Part shown: positions 56,187 through 64,000 of the stretch, piece after piece
Numbering within the stretch: the first letter of the stretch is position 1
How the letters are laid out: every line of letters begins with the position of its first letter
NCBI RefSeq assembly: GCF_009914755.1
Contig: NC_060926.1
DNA length: 64,000 bases
From: the human T2T-CHM13v2.0 reference genome, Homo sapiens
Reading direction: 5' to 3' (one strand)
The notes under the pieces: generated by a model
The model's input: the letters and a program-made list of their open reading frames with translations, nothing else
Told to the model about the DNA's origin: nothing
Databases searched by the model: none
Program-made: the position numbers and the translations under genes

Positions 56187-57049
56187 CAAAGCTAGAAATG
56201 ATTAATAGGGTGAGAAAAGCATGTTGAAAGCTCAGATAGGCTGAAAGCTAGGCAACTTACATCAAACAGTAAACTAAGCTGTGAATGCAAAAAAAAAAAA
56301 GTTCTTAAAGGAAATTAAACAGACTACTCCAGTGAATGCACAAATGATAAGTACAATGGTATTATTGCTGATGTGAAGACAGTTTTAGTGGTCTGGATAG
56401 AAAATCAAATGAGCCACAACATTTCGCTAAGCCAAAGCTGAATCCAGAGCTAAGCCTTAGTAACATTCTTTAATTCTATGAAGTCTGACACAGGTGAGGA
56501 GGCTGCAGAAGACAAGTTTAAAGCTAGCAGAGGTTGGTTCATGAGGTTTAAGAAAAGAATCTTCATAACATAAAAGTGCAAGGTAAAGCAGCCAGTGCTG
56601 ATAGAGAAGCTGCAGCAAGTTATCCAGAAGATCTAGCTAAGATCATTGATGAGGGCAGTTATGCTAAATAACAGATTTTCAATGTAGACAAAACAGCATT
56701 ATACTGGAAGAAGAGGATACCTAAAACTTTCACAGCTATAGAGGAGAAGTCAATGCCTGGCTTCTAATCTTCAGAGGACAGGCTGACTCTTTATGTACTG
56801 GCTAATGCAGCTGGTTACATTAAAACATTAAAGGCAGTACTCATTTACCATTCTGCTACATTTTTAAGTTCTTCTAAACCTATGCTACCTATACTCTATA
56901 AATGAAACAACAAAGCCTGGATGAAAACACATCGTTTACAGTATGGTTTACCAAATATCTTAAGCACACTGTTGAGACCTATTGTCCAGAAAACGTGTGT
57001 GTGTGTGTGTTTGTGTGTGTGTATACGTGTATGTGTGTGTATGTATATA

Positions 57050-57084
<35 letters not shown>

Positions 57085-58130
57085 CTTTTAAAATATTACT
57101 GCTCATTGACAATGCACTCATAACCCAAGAGCTCTGATGGAGTTGTACAAATAGATTAATGTTGTTTTCATGCCTGCTAACACAGCATTCATTCTGAAGC
57201 CCATGGATCAAGGACATTTTATTATTTAAGAATACATTTTGTAAGCCTATACCTGCCATAGACAATGATTCTTCTGTGTATCTGCACAAGGCAAATTAAA
57301 AATCATCTGGATTTTTTTAGAAAGCAATCACTATTCTAGATGAAATTAAAGATATTTGTGATTCCTTGGAGGAGGTCAAAATATGAAGTTTGGAAGAAAT
57401 TGATTTCAGCCCTCATAGATAGCTTGCAGGGTTTCAAGACTTCAGTGGAGGAAGTAACTGTGAGTGTGATGGAACTAGGGAGAGAACTAAGAGTAAAACT
57501 GGAGCCTGAGCCTGTGACTGAATTTCTGCAGTTTCATGATCAAACTTGAATGTACTAAAAGTTGTTTCTTATAGCCCATCCATCTGAGATGGAATCTATT
57601 CCTCGTGAAGATACTGTAAACACTGTTGAAATGACAAAAAAACACCTATCTTATTATACAAACTGAGTTGATAAAGCGGTGGCAGCATTAGATAGGATCG
57701 ACTCTCATTTTGAAAGGTGTTCTACTGTGAGGTAAAATGCTATCCAACAGCATGGCACACTACAGATAAACCTTTCATCAAAGGAGTCAAGTGATGCAGC
57801 AAACTTTACTGTTGTTTTATTTTAAGAAATCGCCACAACCACCTCAATCTGCAGCAACCACCACCTTAATCATTCAGCAGCCATCAACACAGAGGAAAGA
57901 CTCTTTATCAGCAAAAATTAAAATTCACTGAAGGCTCAGATGATCATTTGCATTTTTAGCAATAAAGTAGTTTTTAAAGTATGTAATTGTAGACATAAGG
58001 CTATTGCACACTTTATAGACTATGGTATAGTGTAAAAAACTTTTATATGCAGTGTAAAACCAAAAATTCAAGTTCTTATTACATTGTGGTTGCCTGGAAT
58101 CACACCTGCAATATCCCTGAAGTATGCCTG
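56187..58130 (+). mobile_element. Tigger1 DNA transposon, 5'-truncated and decayed; (TG)n(TA)n at 56995-57083
   Basis: aaagctagaaatgattaa...gctgcagcaagttatccagaagatctagctaagatcattgatga...; terminal repeat agtatgcctg followed by TA at 58131-58132. Confidence 0.9.
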
Positions 58131-58814
58131 TACAAGAAATCATGGATAACATACTAAAATAAATTTGGGAAACAATTCATTAACAGAATGATAGTTCTGA
58201 AGTAGAAATAGATATGATAACAAAAAAACAAATAGAAATTCTAGATATAGAGAATACAACAAACTAAAAATTTAATACAATGCTTCAGCAGCTGATTTTA
58301 TTAGCAGAAAAAAAGAATCAGTGAGCTTAAAGAAAAAACATTTGAAATGATTCCATCGGGGAAAAACAACAACAAAAAAGAATAACAAATGCCTATGGCA
58401 ATTATGGGACTCAATCAAACAACCCAACTTTCATATAATATCAGTTTCTGAAGGAGAAGAAAAAGAAAAAGGCCTAGAAAGCATATTTAATGAAATAATG
58501 ACTAAAAATTTCCCAAACATGAAGAATGATGACAACATTGAGGTATGAAAACTGCAGAGGTCATGAATCCATTTCAATCCAAGAGGCATTTATCAACACA
58601 CATCACAATGAAGTTATTAAAAATGAAAAACAAAGAATACTGAAAACAGCAAAAAAACAAGAAATACATCACATTCAAGGGAGCTTCAATATGGCTTTCA
58701 GTGGATTTCTCTGCAGAAAACCCTACAGTCCACGAGAGAGGGATGATGTATTCAAAATGCTAAAGCAAACAAGCAAGCAAACAAACAAAAATGCCAATCA
58801 ACAATACTGTTCCC

Positions 58815-59270
<456 letters not shown>

Positions 59271-61062
59271 CTAAATAGTAAGAAAAAACACATAAAAGTA
59301 AAAAGCGTCAATGCTATCAGTAATACACAGTCATGTTCCAAATGCTCTAATATTCTAAGGGTGGTTTGTAAAGCAATTTTATCCCTACTAGTAGGGTTAG
59401 CAGACAAAGGTATTGAAAATAACTGTAGCTACAATAAATTGCTAAGGTATATAAGTATGAACTAAAAGGGTAAGTTTTGACATAAAATTGTACAATTGTA
59501 AGGGAGAGAGAATGAAAATGTAGACTTTTGGATGCAATTAAAGAGAAGTTGCTATCAGAAGTTGTTAGAGTAGTTTGTTATAAGAATATGATATTTTAGG
59601 TAAGTTTCATGATAACCACAAAACAAAACCTATCATAACTGCACAAAATAAAAAAGTTTATTTTGCAATTTATCCAAAATTTTAAAGCATACCACCACAG
59701 AAAGCCATCAAGCTATAAAATAGTTCAGCAAGAGAGAAAAAGGGAACAAAGAACTCATAAAACAATCAGAAAAAAAATTACAAAGTGGCAGTAGCAAGTC
59801 CTTCCCTATAAATAATTACCTTGATAGTAAGTGCATTACATTGTCAAATAAAAGGACATAGAGCATCTCAATGGATAGAATAAAAAACAAGATTCAATCA
59901 TGTGCTGCCTACAAGAGACTCACTTTACCAGTCAAGACATATATAGGCTGAAACTGAAAAGATGAAAAAAGATATTCCATGCAAATGCAAACTAAAATAG
60001 AGCAGGGGAGCTATACTTACTATTAAAAGAAATAAACTAAGTCAAAACCTATAAAAGAGATAGGGTTCACTGCATAACGATAAAGGAGTTAATTCATCAT
60101 GAAGACATAATACATGTAAATATATATGCACTCAAGGTCACAAGACCTAAATTCATAAAGCAATTATTAAATAATCTCATGAGAAAAATATACTGCAATA
60201 CTATAATAGTAGGAGACCTCAATACTCCAATTTCAACCATGGAAAGATCATTTAGAAAGATAATAAATTAAGAAACATTAGATTTGAATCACACTTTGGA
60301 GCAACTGGATCTAACAGATATACCCAGAACATCCTATCCAACAGCAGAAGTGTACCTGTTCTTCTGAAATGTGGGTGGAACATTCTCCAGTATATGTCAT
60401 ATGTTAGGCCACAAAACAGATCTTAACAAATATTAGAGAATTGAATTATAGAAAGAAAATTTTTGCATCCCAATGGCATAAAGCTAGAAATCCGTAACAG
60501 AAGAAATCTTGAAAAATACATAAAATAGCAAAATTTAACATATTCATAAATGGCCCATGAGTTACAGAAAAAATTTAAAAACATATTTTAAGACACACAA
60601 AAATGAAAACACAACATACCAAAACTTACAGAATGTAGTTAAATCAATCATTATACCTCAATGAACTAGATGAGAAACAAAGCCAAGAATTAGCAGAAAT
60701 AAGAAAATAGCAAAGATTAAAGTGGAAATAAATAAAATAGATATGAGAAACCCAATGGAAAGAATTAATACTGAACTTCTTTTTAAGGCGATAAACAAAA
60801 TCAACCAATCCGTATCTAGACTAACTAGAAAAAGGACTATTCCAACAAATAAGATCAGAAATGAAATAGGAGAAATTACAACTTTTAACTCTAAAATACA
60901 AAGGATTACAATTGTTCATATAATGAACATTTGTATGCCAACAATTTGGATAACATGGAAGAAATAAAAACATTTCCACAAACATACAACTTACCAAGAC
61001 TGAATCAAGAAGAAACAGAAAATCTGAATGGACTAATAAATAATAAGGAAATTGAAGCAGAA

Positions 61063-61358
<296 letters not shown>

Positions 61359-62960
61359 TGAAGCAGAAATTAAAAGCCTCCCATGAAAGAAAAGCATAGG
61401 ACCAGAAGGCTTCACTGCTAAATTCTGACAAACCTTTAAAGAACTAATACTAATTACTCTCAAACTCTTTCAAAAAAGTGAAATAGAGGAAATACTTCCA
61501 AACTCATTTTATTAGGGTACCATCATTCCGATACCAAAGACAGACAAGGACACTACAAGAGACGAAAATACTAGGCCAATGTCAGTAACGAACCCTGATT
61601 CAAAAATCTTCAACAAAACATTAGCAACCAAATTTAAGAATATATGAATGGAATCATTCACCATGATAAAGTGGGATTTATCCTTTGGATGCAAGTTGGT
61701 TTCAACATATGCATATGAATACATGTGATAAAATGCATGAACAAAGTCAAAGACAAAAATCATACGATTCTCTCAATACATGCAGAAAAAGCACATGACA
61801 AAATTTAAAACCCTTTCATGATGAAAGCTCTCAACAAATTAAGTGTAGAGAAAATGTATCTCGACACAAAAAAGAACCGTGTATGACAAGCTCTTAGCTA
61901 ACATTATTCTCAACAGTGAAAAGTGGAAAGCTTTTCCTCCATGTTCAGAGACAAGACAAGGATGACCAGTCTCACCACTTCTTTTCATCGTTAACAGTGG
62001 AATTCCTAGGCAGAACAATTAGACAAGAAAAGAAAAGCATCCTACTCAGAAAAAAGTGAAATTATCTCTAATTGCAGACAACATGATCCTGTATACAGAA
62101 AACCCTAAATATTCCACCAAAAACTGTTAGAACTGATGCATGAATTCGATAAGGTTTCAGGATACAAAATAATCTAACAAAGATCAGAAGTGTTTCTGTA
62201 TACAAATAACAAACTACCTGAAGAAATTTTTTAAAAATCCCAAGTATGATAGCAACAGAAATTAAATACTTAGGTGTAAATTTAAGCAAAAAATTAAAGG
62301 TCCTGTATATGAAAAACTATAAAACACCAATGAACAAAAATTTAAAAACACAAGTAAATGAAAAAAAAATTCATGCTTGTGGATGGGATGAATTAATATT
62401 GTGAAAATGAACAAAATACCAAAAGCAACATATTTGATGCAATCACTATCAAAATTCCAATGCCATTCTTTTACAGAAATGGAAAAAAATCTTGACATTT
62501 GTATTGAACAGACCTAAAATAGACAAAATAATCTTGAGCAAAAAGAACAAAGCTAGAGACAGCATGCTACCTAATTTTATTACATACTGTAAAACAATTG
62601 TAATCATGGTAGTGGCATATAAATGGACAAATTTGCTAAACAAAATGGAAAACCCAGAAATAAATCCACACACGTCAACTTATCTTTGACAAAGGTGCCA
62701 AGGACATACAATGGTTAAAGGATAGTCTGTTCTACAAATGGTGTTGAGAAAACTGAATATCCACAGGAAAAATAAAGTTAGTCCCTTAACTTACACCACA
62801 TACTAATATCAACTCCAAATGAAGATTTAAATAGAAGGCCTGAACTGTAAAATTACTAGAAGAAAACATAGAGTTAAAGCTCCACAACACTGGTCTCAGC
62901 AATACTGTTTTTGATGCAACCCTGATAGCAGTCAACAAAAGCAGAAATAGACAAATTTCT

Positions 62961-64000
62961 TGTGGCTTAGTTTTGAATTTCTGGTCATTTACTCAATCTG
63001 GTCATTACTTTCCCACACTTCATGGTTACAAGTACCAGCCAAGACATGGATCCACCTTCCTACTGCAGTATCTGAAAATCACTGTCTGTTCTATCCTCGG
63101 CCTGACCCTCTCTGGCATTCTCGGGATCTACATTTTGATGGAAATGTAATGCTCTGGAACCCTAGGCATATATGAACCAGAAACATGTATGCAGACTCTA
63201 CTTACCGACAGCAACATAGTTGGAAATACAGTAATCACAGTTGGATAGGAACAAATATTTTATATCTCTTTCTTAGAGATCTGGATTCCACTAAAACGGA
63301 TTCATGGATGTCAGGGCATTAGGGGTGTGGACTGATAACAAACCTCTCCTTTTTCAGTGCCAAACCAACTTAGAAATAAAAACAAAAGGTCAGATCAATA
63401 TCCAAATACATTATTCCTCCTAAAGCTGATTTAGAAACTATGGCTTAATGTTGACCAAAAAAGACTTCTAATATTGCCCCCTAGCCTTGACTTTAGAACC
63501 TGAACAAAAAAAAGTTCATCTGAAGAACAGTCAGTTACCCACCCAGTGCAGGGAGGGTCTTCACCTGCCTTCCAAGTCTCCTGTTCAGAATCCAGAGGAG
63601 AAAGAGAGACTAGATGTACTCATTGATCACTGAGTAAGTTTGCCTTACTAATAGGCAAACGTGGACCAATGGATTTGATGGGACCAATGGATAAGATTTC
63701 CCATCCACCAAATAAGTCACATCTTCTCCTGGCTCTGGGAATGAGCCAGATAAAGGTGAAGAGTTGGCAGTGTTTCTACTCAATATTTGTGAGAAGACCG
63801 AAGGTGTTGTCAATGGGTAGATAGAACTGGAATGAGGTGGGAAAGTTTTACTCGTTTGACCAACTTCTTTTTATTCAAGTTGTATATGCTGAAGGTAGCC
63901 GCTAGAAGAATTGACTTCTGGAAAGATGATTCCCCTCACAATTGCTTGATCTTGAGTATTTTTATTTTTGTGTTAAAGAACTGATGTTGGTTTGTGTACA
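62961..64000 (-). pseudogene. Possible decayed coding exon of an unidentified gene
   Basis: Non-repeat sequence with long, stop-poor, hydrophilic S/P/E/T-rich minus-strand frames; no family recognised. Confidence 0.25.

Noticed and set aside
56187-58130. Tigger1 transposase as a domesticated gene
   Set aside because: It has many stops and frameshifts, a microsatellite insertion and no 5' end.

Overview
Primate, most likely human, non-coding genomic DNA dominated by interspersed repeats: several L1s of different ages (nested, deleted and inverted), about 10 Alus, MER4/MaLR/MER34-type LTRs, Tigger1, MER20 and MIR/L2 relics. I see no intact protein-coding gene; the ORF track is mostly L1, Alu and tandem-repeat translation. 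The most unusual structure is at about 46.5-52.8 kb. There the ~270-bp 5'UTR monomer of an old L1 has been rearranged into a chimeric 103-bp unit and amplified into a GC-rich satellite of about 37 + 10 copies with a 1,235-bp higher-order repeat, and the two arrays form the arms of a ~6-kb imperfect palindrome. Other notable items are a near-perfect 29-bp VNTR whose unit is a hairpin containing TTCTCAGAA (a STAT GAS motif), a 157-bp stem-loop, a five-exon minus-strand lncRNA-like 3' end, an ancient 1.15-1.2 kb tandem duplication, and several templated-insertion scars. Coordinates were read by eye, and subfamily calls come from recalled consensus sequences rather than a RepeatMasker run.
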